64,000 nt of DNA, from assembly GCA_964644035.1 (NCBI GenBank), contig CAZXUH010000002.1:104881-168880 (forward strand), given 5' to 3'. Source of the stretch: an uncultured Candidatus Saccharibacteria bacterium. GTDB taxonomy: Bacteria > Patescibacteriota > Minisyncoccia > Phycocordibacterales > DAORIS01. A program made the translations under genes and the position numbers. This document shows, piece after piece, positions 18,425-28,002 of this stretch. Under the pieces are notes generated by a model. That model was not told the DNA's origin. It was given only the letters and a program-made list of their open reading frames with translations, and made no database searches. Within the stretch, counting starts at the first letter, position 1, and each line of letters opens with the position of its first letter.

Positions 18425-20140
18425 ATGAAAGAAACACTCGAACAGGCATTTGAGGAAATTTTAAAAAAGCTCGGCATTGAAACTCCGAAAATAGTTTTGG
18501 AGCACCCTGATAATCTTGATTTTGGTGATTATACGACCAATGTCGCTCTTGCATACTCAAAAGATCTCAAAGAAAAACCTTTTACACTTGCTCAAAATAT
18601 AGTTGCCGAGCTCGAACATAAGAAAATTAGGCATGTAGAAAAAATATCAATTGCTGGTCCCGGTTTTATCAATATTTCTCTTGATAGAACATTTTTCGCC
18701 GAGGCAACAAAAGACATTCTTTCAAAAGCAGAAACATTTGGCAGCAATACTTCTAAGAAAGGCCAGAAGGTAATTATTGAATACACCAATACCAATGTTC
18801 TCAAGCCTATGCATATTGGTCATTTGATGGGCAATATCATTGGTGAATCGCTCTCAAGACTTTTTGAAAAAAGTGCAGCCGATCTCAAGAGAAACAATTA
18901 TCAAGGCGATGTTGGACTCAATATTGCAAAAGCAATATGGGGTATGCAGAGTCTGATGTCGGAAATGCCAAATGCAAAAGCTAGTCTTGCTGAGAAGACA
19001 CAATATATAGGCAAAGCATATGCAGCAGGTTCGGCAGCCTATGAAGATGATACACATGCTGCAGAAGAAATAAAAAATCTCAACAAACAGCTATTTGAAA
19101 AAAGCGATCTAGACATAAATAAGCTCTATGAATGGGGAAGACAGGCTAGCCTCGATCATTTTGAGGAATTGTATAAGAAGCTTGGAACCAAATTTGATTA
19201 TTATTTCTTTGAAAGCGAAGTGGCCGACGATGCGCTCAAGATTGTTAGAGAATATCTAAAGAAAGGGATTTTTGAAGAAAGTGATGGAGCGATAGTATTT
19301 CATGGAGAGAAATTTGATCCAAAACTGCACACTAGAGTATTTATCAATTCTCAAGGTTTGCCAACATATGAAGCCAAGGATATTGCGCATGCTCTTAGGA
19401 AATATAAAAAATTCCATTTCGACGAATCTATTATTGTCACCGCCAATGAACAAAATGGCTATTTCCAAGTCGTACTACGCGCTTTGCAGGAAATCGATGC
19501 TGATATAGCTCAAAAAACGCATCATCTATCACATGGTCTCTTACAGTTGCCAACAGGAAAAATGGGATCGAGAAAAGGCAATGTCATTACTGGAGAAGCA
19601 CTTATCAATGATGTAGAGGCTTTGGTAAAAGAAAAAATAAAAGACAGAGGATTTGGTAATGAAGAAGCAGAAGGGGTAGTAAGTAGCGTATCAATCGGTG
19701 CTATCAAATATTCTATTCTCAAACAATCACCTGGCAATGATATTATTTTTGATCTTGAAAAATCAGTCTCATTTGAAGGAGATTCTGGTCCGTATTTGCA
19801 ATATGCGTCGGTGCGAGCTGGTTCTCTGCTCACAAAAGCGCTTGAACAGGAAATAAAACCAAAAGTCGGTCTTGTTCCCGAAGAAGTAAGTATTGTAGAA
19901 AAATTGCTCTATCGTTTCCCAGAAATCGTGGAGCGTGCTCTCAATGAACGTGCGCCGCATTATATAGCACTCTATCTGACCCAGGTCGCCGGAGCGTTCA
20001 ATAGTTGGTATGGCAATACAAAAATTATCGATGCCAAGGATCCGTATTCTCAATACAAACTCGCTCTCACACAAGCTACAAAAAATATTTTAGACAGCGG
20101 ACTGTACTTACTAGGTATTGAAGTACCAGAAAAAATGTAA
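18425..20140 (+). CDS. argS: arginine--tRNA ligase (start at the Met directly after the dut stop)
   Basis: Class I motif PMHIGHLMGNIIGE, the ArgRS add-on N-domain and a DALR anticodon-binding C-terminus. Confidence 0.9.
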   Translation: MKETLEQAFEEILKKLGIETPKIVLEHPDNLDFGDYTTNVALAYSKDLKEKPFTLAQNIVAELEHKKIRHVEKISIAGPGFINISLDRTFFAEATKDILSKAETFGSNTSKKGQKVIIEYTNTNVLKPMHIGHLMGNIIGESLSRLFEKSAADLKRNNYQGDVGLNIAKAIWGMQSLMSEMPNAKASLAEKTQYIGKAYAAGSAAYEDDTHAAEEIKNLNKQLFEKSDLDINKLYEWGRQASLDHFEELYKKLGTKFDYYFFESEVADDALKIVREYLKKGIFEESDGAIVFHGEKFDPKLHTRVFINSQGLPTYEAKDIAHALRKYKKFHFDESIIVTANEQNGYFQVVLRALQEIDADIAQKTHHLSHGLLQLPTGKMGSRKGNVITGEALINDVEALVKEKIKDRGFGNEEAEGVVSSVSIGAIKYSILKQSPGNDIIFDLEKSVSFEGDSGPYLQYASVRAGSLLTKALEQEIKPKVGLVPEEVSIVEKLLYRFPEIVERALNERAPHYIALYLTQVAGAFNSWYGNTKIIDAKDPYSQYKLALTQATKNILDSGLYLLGIEVPEKM

Positions 20141-20175
20141 AAAAAGACCCGAGTCGGGGAAGACGACTCGGGTTA

Positions 20176-20305
20176 TTGCTGTACGGCCGGGCGAGCCGTC
20201 AGCGGGGGCAATGGGGGGTAGGAAGGAATGGGATTAAAAGATCGCCGGGGTGTCCCGGAGGGGGGGGAACCGGAACGGGGGAAACCCGGCGATCAATTCC
20301 GTAAA
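20176..20305. ncRNA. GC-rich structured element (candidate small ncRNA or cis-regulatory leader), identity unknown
   Basis: About 130 nt of roughly 70% GC in a roughly 40% GC genome. Contains a 10-bp helix (GATCGCCGGG...CCCGGCGATC) extended by GGAAT/ATTCC pairing, internal G-runs and an upstream 9-bp hairpin. The only ORF in it (20228-20410) is low-complexity and probably spurious. Confidence 0.4.
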
Positions 20306-20419
20306 GAACTATTTGATTACGCTTCTATTATACCATATTCATTTCAATATGCAAGGGGTTCTATAAATAGCAATAAAATGCTTACAAATATGAGAAAAAT
20401 GCTAATATAGCTATATTCT

Positions 20420-23400
20420 ATGGACACGGATGAAAAGAAAAAGAGCGCCGTAGCGCTCCGGGAAGAAGAAACTCTGGCTTTCTGGCAGAAGAATGAACTA
20501 TTTGAAAAAACTCTCAAAAAAGAGTCTCCAAAAGGCGAATATGTCTTTCTCGACGGGCCGCCATTTGCTACAGGTCTGCCACACTACGGTCATATACTAG
20601 CTAGTGCTATCAAAGATACGATTCCGCGTTACAAAACGATGCGAGGTTTCAATGTGCCTCGACGTTGGGGTTGGGATTGTCATGGTCTGCCTATTGAAAC
20701 GATTGTTGAGAAAGATCTCAATGTATCAGGACGTAAACAGATCGAAGAATTAGGGGTGGAGAAATTCAATGAACATGCTCGAAGCAAGGTTTTGACCTTT
20801 GTACATGACTGGAAAAAAACCGTCGATCGTATTGGTCGCTGGGTCAATTTTGACGGTGCATATATGACGATGGACAATTCATATATTGAATCTGTCTGGT
20901 GGGCACTCAAGGAATTGCACAAGAAAGATGCTATCTATGAAAGCACTCGTGTACTACCATACTGTCCGCGCTGTGAAACTCCAATCGCCAATTCCGAAAT
21001 AGCAATGGACAATAGCTACAAAGACATCACTGATATTTCAGTCTATGTAAAATTTGAACTCAAAGACAGACCAAAAACCTATTTATTGGCTTGGACAACA
21101 ACACCATGGACACTTCCTGGCAACTTTGCTCTCGCTGTTAATCCGGAACTGATCTATGTAACTGTCCAAGCAGAAAATGGAGAAAAATATATTGTTGCGA
21201 AAAGTAGATATGAAAAACTAACCGACAAATTTGTCGGCCATACAATTGTAAGTGAAGAAAAGGGAAGTATGCTTGTTGGTAAATCATATAAGCCCGCCTT
21301 TTCATACTTCACCAATACCGAATTTAAAAACAAAGACAAAGTCTGGAAAGTCTATGTTGCAGAATTTGTCACAGACAATGATGGTACGGGTATAGTGCAT
21401 ATTGCTCCAGGATATGGAGAAGACGATATGGCTCTGGCTAAAAAAGAAAACATAGCTTTTATTCATCATGTCACTACTGAGGGTAAATTTGCTTCTACAG
21501 CCACTGACTTTGCTGGGGAGCGTGTAAAGCCAAAAGAAGATCATCAGTCAGGTGATGTGCTTATCATTAAACATCTTGCCAAGGAAAATCTTCTATTTGC
21601 TAAAGAAAAGATTGTTCACTCATATCCGCATTGCTATCGCTGCGAAACGCCGCTTATTTACTACGCTCTCCCCGCTTGGTTTATCAATATTCAGAGTGTA
21701 AAGAAGCAACTGCTAAAAAAGAATGAAGAGATAGACTGGATACCAGAGCATCTCAAGCATGGTCGTTTCGAAAAAAGTATGGAAGGTGCGCCGGATTGGA
21801 ACTTTTCTCGAAATAGATTTTGGGCGTCACCTTTGCCGTTTTGGAAAAGTGCCGATGGAAAAGAATTGGAAGTGATAGGATCTCTTGAAGATCTAAAAAA
21901 GAAAACAAATAGAGGTAATACGTTTTTCTTCATGCGTCACGGTCAGGCGGAGAACAATGCTTCTAATACTCTAAATTCCACACCCAATACTTCGTATGGT
22001 CTTACCGATTTGGGTAAAGAGCAGGTCAAAGTGTCTGCACAACAGCTTAAGAAAAAGAAGATCGATGTTATCTACGCATCAGACTTCACCCGTACCAAAG
22101 AAACTGCCGAAATGGTAGCTCAGAGTATTGGCTATCCAAAAGAAAACATAATCTATGACAAAAGGCTTCGCGAGCTCGATTTCGGTGATCTCGACGGTAA
22201 GAATATTTCAGCATATAGAAATCTTTTCCCTGGGTATGAAGCCGCATTTGAAAAAAATATTCCAGGAGGGGAAAGTCTTCGCAATATCCATCGCCGAGTG
22301 GGGGATTTTATCTATCAAGCCGATGCCGATGCTCGAAATAAAAATATTCTTGTCATATCTCACGAAACACCACTGTGGATGTTGCAGTCGGTAGGTGGAC
22401 ACTTGTCGCAGAAGGAAATCATTGCTATGCGTGCAAGCGGGGAAGAGTTTATAAAAAATGGCGAACTTAGAGAAATTTCATTTGCTCGTATGCCTCACAA
22501 CGCTGACTATGAACTCGATTTTCACCGACCATATATCGATCAGATCTCATGGATGTCATCTTCTGGCAAGCTCATGACTCGTATTCCAGAAGTGATCGAC
22601 TGTTGGTTCGAATCAGGTGCCATGCCTTTTGCTTCAGAACATCGACCTTTCAATCCGGGCAGCACTCGACCGGCCGATTTTGTGGCTGAATATATAGCTC
22701 AAACAAGAACATGGTTTTATTACATGCATGTGTTGTCCGTGCAGCTTTTTGGACAAATACCTTTTAAACATGTGGTGACAACGGGTACGATCTTGGCAAA
22801 AGACGGACAGAAAATGTCGAAGTCAAAAAACAATTTCCCCGATCCATGGATTCTTTTTGATAAATACGGAGTAGACGCAATTCGATATTATTTGATGTCG
22901 TCACCGCTCATGAAATCTGAAGATCTCAATTTCTCAGAAGGGGATGTCGATAGTATTTATAAAAAATTAGTATTGCGTCTTGAAAATGTTCTCTCTTTCT
23001 ACGAATTGTACAAAGACGATTCTATACAAGCGGATAGCAATAGCGATGTGGTCATTGACCAATGGATCATTTCAAGACTCTCAGAAGTCCATGCCAAAGT
23101 GACAAAAGGTCTCGATGAATACGAAGTCGATGCTGCAATCAGACCATTTGATAAGTGTATCGATGATCTATCGACATGGTATTTGCGCAGATCTCGAGAT
23201 CGTCTTAAAGACGATACAAATATCGAAGATAAGAAAAAAGCTCTAGCCACAACCCGTTTTGTTCTTCTCCAGCTTTCGCATTTGTTGGCACCAGTCATGC
23301 CTTTTATCGCTGAACATATTTATCAAAAGACAAAAGATACAAAGCACGGCAAGGAAAGCGTGCATTTGGAAAACTGGCCTCAGGTTGCCGTGGATATTGC

Positions 23401-23863
23401 GTCGACTAAGATTCAAAAAATATTGGTCAATATGGAGACGGTCAGAAATATTGTGTCAGTTGCGCAAGATGCACGTGTCAAAGCAGGTATAAAAGTCAGA
23501 CAGCCACTCGCATCGCTCCATATAAAACAAACTCTTTCTGCAGAATATCTCGATCTTATAAAAGATGAAATCAATGTAAAGAAAGTAGAGGTCAATGAAT
23601 CTCAAGAAGGGGAAGTAGTGCTTGATACGACGATTACTCCAGAACTCAAATCAGAAGGAATCATGCGTGAACTATTGCGATCTATTCAGGACAAGCGCAA
23701 AGAAGCTGGTCTCATGCCGCGCGATATGGCGATAGTAAAAATCCCTCGCAATTCTGAAAATGAAGAAGTAGTCAAGACGTATGAGAAAAATATAAAAGCA
23801 GCTGCCTTTATCAAAGAAATTGCATTTGAAGATAGAGAAGATATATTTGTCGGGAAAATATAA
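20420..23863 (+). CDS. ileS: isoleucine--tRNA ligase carrying an in-frame histidine-phosphatase (PGAM-like) domain insertion
   Basis: HIGH-type PHYGHIL, CP1 editing region, KMSKS (KMSKSKNN) and an anticodon-binding C-terminus. Residues about 495-695 (nt about 21905-22500) form a histidine phosphatase fold: FMRHGQAENN ... VISHETPL. Confidence 0.9.
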   Translation: MDTDEKKKSAVALREEETLAFWQKNELFEKTLKKESPKGEYVFLDGPPFATGLPHYGHILASAIKDTIPRYKTMRGFNVPRRWGWDCHGLPIETIVEKDLNVSGRKQIEELGVEKFNEHARSKVLTFVHDWKKTVDRIGRWVNFDGAYMTMDNSYIESVWWALKELHKKDAIYESTRVLPYCPRCETPIANSEIAMDNSYKDITDISVYVKFELKDRPKTYLLAWTTTPWTLPGNFALAVNPELIYVTVQAENGEKYIVAKSRYEKLTDKFVGHTIVSEEKGSMLVGKSYKPAFSYFTNTEFKNKDKVWKVYVAEFVTDNDGTGIVHIAPGYGEDDMALAKKENIAFIHHVTTEGKFASTATDFAGERVKPKEDHQSGDVLIIKHLAKENLLFAKEKIVHSYPHCYRCETPLIYYALPAWFINIQSVKKQLLKKNEEIDWIPEHLKHGRFEKSMEGAPDWNFSRNRFWASPLPFWKSADGKELEVIGSLEDLKKKTNRGNTFFFMRHGQAENNASNTLNSTPNTSYGLTDLGKEQVKVSAQQLKKKKIDVIYASDFTRTKETAEMVAQSIGYPKENIIYDKRLRELDFGDLDGKNISAYRNLFPGYEAAFEKNIPGGESLRNIHRRVGDFIYQADADARNKNILVISHETPLWMLQSVGGHLSQKEIIAMRASGEEFIKNGELREISFARMPHNADYELDFHRPYIDQISWMSSSGKLMTRIPEVIDCWFESGAMPFASEHRPFNPGSTRPADFVAEYIAQTRTWFYYMHVLSVQLFGQIPFKHVVTTGTILAKDGQKMSKSKNNFPDPWILFDKYGVDAIRYYLMSSPLMKSEDLNFSEGDVDSIYKKLVLRLENVLSFYELYKDDSIQADSNSDVVIDQWIISRLSEVHAKVTKGLDEYEVDAAIRPFDKCIDDLSTWYLRRSRDRLKDDTNIEDKKKALATTRFVLLQLSHLLAPVMPFIAEHIYQKTKDTKHGKESVHLENWPQVAVDIASTKIQKILVNMETVRNIVSVAQDARVKAGIKVRQPLASLHIKQTLSAEYLDLIKDEINVKKVEVNESQEGEVVLDTTITPELKSEGIMRELLRSIQDKRKEAGLMPRDMAIVKIPRNSENEEVVKTYEKNIKAAAFIKEIAFEDREDIFVGKI

Positions 23864-23869
23864 AAGCGT

Positions 23870-24430
23870 ATGCATCGCATTTACAGCAGCATGGCACTTG
23901 TCGTCGAAAGCCGACCATATAGCGAAGCTGATCGGATGATTACTTGCTATACACGCGAATACGGTCTTATAAGTGCTGTTGCAAAAAGCGTGCGACTTGA
24001 GAAATCAAAACTACGTTATGCGCTGGCGCTCTACAGTATGTCGGAAATATCTTTGGTCAAAGGCAAAGAAATTTGGCGACTGACAAGTGCTATATATGAA
24101 AAAAGTTTCAGCGCCAATGCACAGGCAGTCAAAAAAATTCTTTCGACACTCAAAAGATTGATAGGGGAAGAAATACCTGATCAGTTTCTTTTTGATGCAC
24201 TGCGCGCATATCTCGAATACATGCATCAGAAAGGCGAAATCGATGCCAAAGCTGCTGAAGTAGGTATTATGCTCCACATCCTCAATCGTTCGGGATATCT
24301 GCAGGCCTCAATCCCGCTGGCAGATTTTCTATCCACACCATTTGCCCCCGAGAAACTAGGAGACGTCGCTATCCACAAAAAGGAGGCTATAGGGCTGATA
24401 AATCAAGCTCTAGAGCACGCGCATTTATAG
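23870..24430 (+). CDS. recO: DNA repair protein RecO (short form)
   Basis: N-terminal OB-fold pattern (ALVVESRPYSEADRMITCYTREYGLISAVAKS...); size and position match the short CPR RecO. Moderate confidence. Confidence 0.5.
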   Translation: MHRIYSSMALVVESRPYSEADRMITCYTREYGLISAVAKSVRLEKSKLRYALALYSMSEISLVKGKEIWRLTSAIYEKSFSANAQAVKKILSTLKRLIGEEIPDQFLFDALRAYLEYMHQKGEIDAKAAEVGIMLHILNRSGYLQASIPLADFLSTPFAPEKLGDVAIHKKEAIGLINQALEHAHL

Positions 24431-24437
24431 TATACTT

Positions 24438-26372
24438 ATGAGCATGGATTCAGAATTTGAGAATAGCCGCATTGAGCGGTTAAAAAAGCGCCTCTATTCA
24501 AAGAGCAATGATCAACCTATCCTTGATCCGACAAAAGGCGCTGTTCTCGAGCAAGCTCCGGTAGAAACTCCCGAAAGTCAGTGGGGAGAGACGCAGATTT
24601 TGGAAAGACCAGCTTCGGCATTGGCATACAAAAGCGCTGCGTCCAAATTTTTCAAAACACTTTTTCTTATTTCAATCATCTTTTGCGTGATTGCTGGCGG
24701 TATAGCGGCATTTATTTTTATTGGCAATCACAATCGTATTTCTTCGATTGATATTTCTGTCACTGGTCCAGTTTCTATTGCTGGTGGAGAAAAACTCGCA
24801 CTGCTCGTCGCTGTCGACAATCAAAACGGTGTTGATATGCTCAATGCTCGCGTGCGTATTGATTACCCCGAAGGCGCATATGTAAGTACCAACACGGCCA
24901 TGAGTCTTCCAAGAGACGAGCGTGTACTCGATACGATCAAGGCTGGTACTCAAAAACAAATAACCTTTGAATCGATTCTTTTTGGCGAAGAAAACATTCA
25001 GAAAGATTTTACAATTACTGTTGAATATGAAATCGCAGGTTCGAAAACTTCATATACCAATAACAAAGACTATAGTATTTTACTTACCAAAGCGCCGATC
25101 AGTCTCCTGATCGATTATGAAAAGACCGTTACTTCTGAACAAGATACGACGATTGTACTGACTGCCATTTCAAACTCGACCGCTAAGCTTGAAAACGTAC
25201 TTCTAAAGGGTATTTATCCTGTCGGTTGGTCATTTACTTCTGCTGATCCTGCAGCTGTGGCAACGACCAAGGATACGTGGCAACTCGGTAGCTTTATCCC
25301 AGGCGAAAAGAAAAAGATTACTCTGCGTGGCACGATCAAAGGACAAGAAGGTGAAGAAAAAGTATTTAGATTTTCTCTCGGTGCTCCGCAAGAGACCGAT
25401 GAAAACAAACTTTCGACTTCATTTGTCGACTCGATTGCGACCATGACTCTCGAAAGGCCGTTTATCTTAACCAAGCTTGAAATAGGTGAGGAAAACAAAG
25501 ACGGTGATATTGTAGCCAATCTTGGAGATTTACTCGATGGTACGCTCAATATTAAAAACAACACGTCTCGAGACCTTGTTGATGTAGTGGTAGAGATAAA
25601 ACCCGAAGGCCAAGTCTATGACAAATACTCTGTCAAAACGTCTGACGGCTTTTATAAATCAACAGAAAATACTCTGTATTGGGACAAAGTCATTAAGCAG
25701 GATTTGAAAATGATGACCCAAGGTAGCGATGTAAATGTAAGATTTATGTTTAAAACCTTTAGTCCAGAACAGCTTGTTCAGATTTTCCGCAATCCACAAA
25801 TGAATCTTAGGGTTTCTGTAACAGGCAAATCGATTGCCGATGACGAAGGCACAAAAAATATCAATATTGATTTTGTAAAGAAAATAAAATTCACTACTCA
25901 AGCATCAATGGAAGCGCGTACTCGCTACAATGTCGGCGCATTTAGAAATGTTGGTCCAGTACCACCTCAAGCTGAGCAAACTACTTCATACACGCTCTCC
26001 TTTGATCTCAAAAATACATTCAATCATATTTCTGAAGGCAAGGTCACTGCAGTGCTGCCATTTTATGTGCAGTGGGTACCGCAGGCCTCTTCATCGATAG
26101 AAAAGATCAGTTTTGATACTCAGACGAGAGTGGTGACGTGGAATGTGGGTGAATTGGCAGCTGGGGCTGGCTATACGGGCGCTACACGCACTGGATCCTT
26201 CCAGGTTACTATTGCGCCAAGTACCAGTCAGGTGGGCACGGTGCCGATCCTAGCGAGCGATATTGCCTTTATTGGCGTTGACCGCTTTACGGGTAACATG
26301 ATACAAATGAGGTCACCTGGTCTCACTACCCAAGTTGTAGATGAAAATCTCTCGGGCGTGGTACGGAAATAA
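24438..26372 (+). CDS. large membrane-anchored extracytoplasmic protein with repeated beta-rich (CARDB/DUF11-like) domains
   Basis: A 70-aa cytoplasmic N-terminus, one TM (LFLISIIFCVIAGGIAAFIFI), then about 550 aa of repeating beta-strand-rich segments. No catalytic motif. Confidence 0.45.
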   Translation: MSMDSEFENSRIERLKKRLYSKSNDQPILDPTKGAVLEQAPVETPESQWGETQILERPASALAYKSAASKFFKTLFLISIIFCVIAGGIAAFIFIGNHNRISSIDISVTGPVSIAGGEKLALLVAVDNQNGVDMLNARVRIDYPEGAYVSTNTAMSLPRDERVLDTIKAGTQKQITFESILFGEENIQKDFTITVEYEIAGSKTSYTNNKDYSILLTKAPISLLIDYEKTVTSEQDTTIVLTAISNSTAKLENVLLKGIYPVGWSFTSADPAAVATTKDTWQLGSFIPGEKKKITLRGTIKGQEGEEKVFRFSLGAPQETDENKLSTSFVDSIATMTLERPFILTKLEIGEENKDGDIVANLGDLLDGTLNIKNNTSRDLVDVVVEIKPEGQVYDKYSVKTSDGFYKSTENTLYWDKVIKQDLKMMTQGSDVNVRFMFKTFSPEQLVQIFRNPQMNLRVSVTGKSIADDEGTKNINIDFVKKIKFTTQASMEARTRYNVGAFRNVGPVPPQAEQTTSYTLSFDLKNTFNHISEGKVTAVLPFYVQWVPQASSSIEKISFDTQTRVVTWNVGELAAGAGYTGATRTGSFQVTIAPSTSQVGTVPILASDIAFIGVDRFTGNMIQMRSPGLTTQVVDENLSGVVRK

Positions 26373-26375
26373 TAT

Positions 26376-27728
26376 ATGGAAGAACTCATTTCTCTGCTCA
26401 AAAGAAGGGGATTTATATACCAAGGCTCCGAAATATACGGTGGTCTTGCTGGTACATGGGACTACGGTCCGCTTGGTGTTGCACTCAAAAACAATATCAA
26501 AGCTTTGTGGTGGAAGCGTTTCGTGACTGATAGAGAAGATATGTATGGTATCGACGCTTCGATACTAATGAATCAAAATGTCTGGAAAGCCTCAGGCCAT
26601 GTTGGTGGTTTTTCTGATCCTCTTGTCGAAGATGTCAAAACAAAAAAGCGCTATCGAGCCGACCATTTACTCGAGGAAGCAAGTGTCGATCCAAAAGGCA
26701 TGACAGTGGCTGATATGGATAAAGCTATAAAGGATAAAGGAATAAAAAGTCCTGATGGCAATGCGCTTGGCGATGTGCGTCAGTTCAATATGATGTTTAA
26801 GACGCACGTCGGTGCGACTGAAGACGAATCTTCTATTTCATACCTTAGACCTGAAACTGCTCAAGGCATGTTCGTCAATTTCAAAAATATTATTGATTCA
26901 TTTCATCCAAAAGTGCCTTTTGGTTTGGCTCAGATAGGCAAAGCATTTAGAAATGAAATTGCTCCTCGAGATTTTATATTTAGGACAAGAGAGTTTGAGC
27001 AAATGGAAATCGAATATTTTGTCGATCCTCGTGATGAGAAAAAAGTAAATGAAACATTCGACACTCTCTTCGATGAACAAATGAATTTCCTCAAAGATAT
27101 TGGTCTACCAAAATCAAAGATTCACAAACTAGAAGTAGCCGATGCTGACAGAGCACATTATTCGAAACGAAGCGTGGATACCGAGTTCGACTTTCCATTT
27201 GGAAAGAAAGAGTTGCTTGGTCTGGCGTATCGTACCGATTTTGATCTTGCAGCTCATACAAAAGCTAGTGGTATCGATCTTACGTATTTTGATGAAGAAT
27301 CTAAAGATCGATTTACACCGCATTGTATCGAACCAACCTTTGGTCTCGATCGTTTGGTGTTGGCCGTGACTTCACATGCATATACCGAAGATGAACTCGG
27401 TGGTGAGAAGAGAGTCTATCTCAAGCTTTCTCCAGACATTGCTCCTGTGCGAGTAGCTGTCTTTCCTCTTTTGAAAAATAAACCCCAGCTTATCGAAAAG
27501 GCGAGGGAAGTGTTTACCATGCTTAAGAAAGAATTTGGCGCAGTGCTCTTTGATGACAATGGAAATATTGGCAAGCGTTATCGCCGACAAGATGAAATCG
27601 GTACGCCGTATTGCGTCACAGTAGATTTCGATACTGTAGAAAAAGATAATACTGTCACTGTTCGTGATCGTGACACTGGAGAGCAGAAGAGGGTAGACAT
27701 CAAAGATTTGATCAAGGAGCTAGCTTAA
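26376..27728 (+). CDS. glyQS: glycine--tRNA ligase (alpha2 dimeric class II type)
   Basis: N-terminal RRGF(I/V)...(I/Y)GG..G..D(Y)GP.G and class II motifs 2 and 3 (FRNEI..R; GLDR). Confidence 0.92.
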   Translation: MEELISLLKRRGFIYQGSEIYGGLAGTWDYGPLGVALKNNIKALWWKRFVTDREDMYGIDASILMNQNVWKASGHVGGFSDPLVEDVKTKKRYRADHLLEEASVDPKGMTVADMDKAIKDKGIKSPDGNALGDVRQFNMMFKTHVGATEDESSISYLRPETAQGMFVNFKNIIDSFHPKVPFGLAQIGKAFRNEIAPRDFIFRTREFEQMEIEYFVDPRDEKKVNETFDTLFDEQMNFLKDIGLPKSKIHKLEVADADRAHYSKRSVDTEFDFPFGKKELLGLAYRTDFDLAAHTKASGIDLTYFDEESKDRFTPHCIEPTFGLDRLVLAVTSHAYTEDELGGEKRVYLKLSPDIAPVRVAVFPLLKNKPQLIEKAREVFTMLKKEFGAVLFDDNGNIGKRYRRQDEIGTPYCVTVDFDTVEKDNTVTVRDRDTGEQKRVDIKDLIKELA

Positions 27729-27812
27729 TTGCTGTTGTAGATTATTTAAAAACATTTATAATCAACTTACCCCTGTGTCGAGATAACCTTTTTCACCGGA
27801 GGCCTCGATACG

Positions 27813-27850
27813 ACCCCCTGCGAACACGCAAACGCAGGGGTGTTTTTATT
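27813..27850 (+). terminator. intrinsic terminator after glyQS
   Basis: CCCCTGCG...CGCAGGGG hairpin followed by TGTTTTTATTT. Confidence 0.65.
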
Positions 27851-27920
27851 TATTAAATTTGCTATATTAGACAAGTTTCCTTTCAATGTGACAGAGAAGG
27901 ATTCTCTGATTCACAGGTTA

Positions 27921-27957
27921 AGCCCCACAATTCGTACTTGTGGGGCTCTTTATTTTT
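27921..27957 (+). terminator. second plus-strand intrinsic terminator (possible sRNA 3' end)
   Basis: GCCCCACAA-TTCGTAC-TTGTGGGGC hairpin followed by TCTTTATTTTT. Confidence 0.6.
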
Positions 27958-27990
27958 AAAAATAAGCCGCAGCATTTTCTGCTGCGGCTT
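27953..27990 (-). terminator. minus-strand intrinsic terminator for the small ORF 28003-28182
   Basis: AAGCCGCAGC-ATTTTCT-GCTGCGGCTT hairpin. On the minus strand it is followed by a T-run (the plus-strand TTTTTAAAAAT block). Confidence 0.55.
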
Positions 27991-28002
27991 TGTGCCGACG
28001 TA

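Noticed and set aside
20176-20305. Attempted identification of the GC-rich island as SRP RNA, 6S RNA, tmRNA or a T-box leader of ileS
   Set aside because: It has GGAAGGAA and GUCAG fragments but no AGCAGC, no domain-IV symmetric loop, no tag-peptide ORF and no AGGGUGGNACCGCG T-box sequence. I cannot assign a family without a covariance-model search.
20228-20410. 60-aa ORF (MGLKDRRGVPEGGEPERGKPGD...) in the argS-ileS spacer
   Set aside because: It is driven by a GC-rich structured region. The Gly/Pro/Glu-rich low-complexity translation comes from G-runs. I interpret it as part of a structured RNA or leader rather than a gene.
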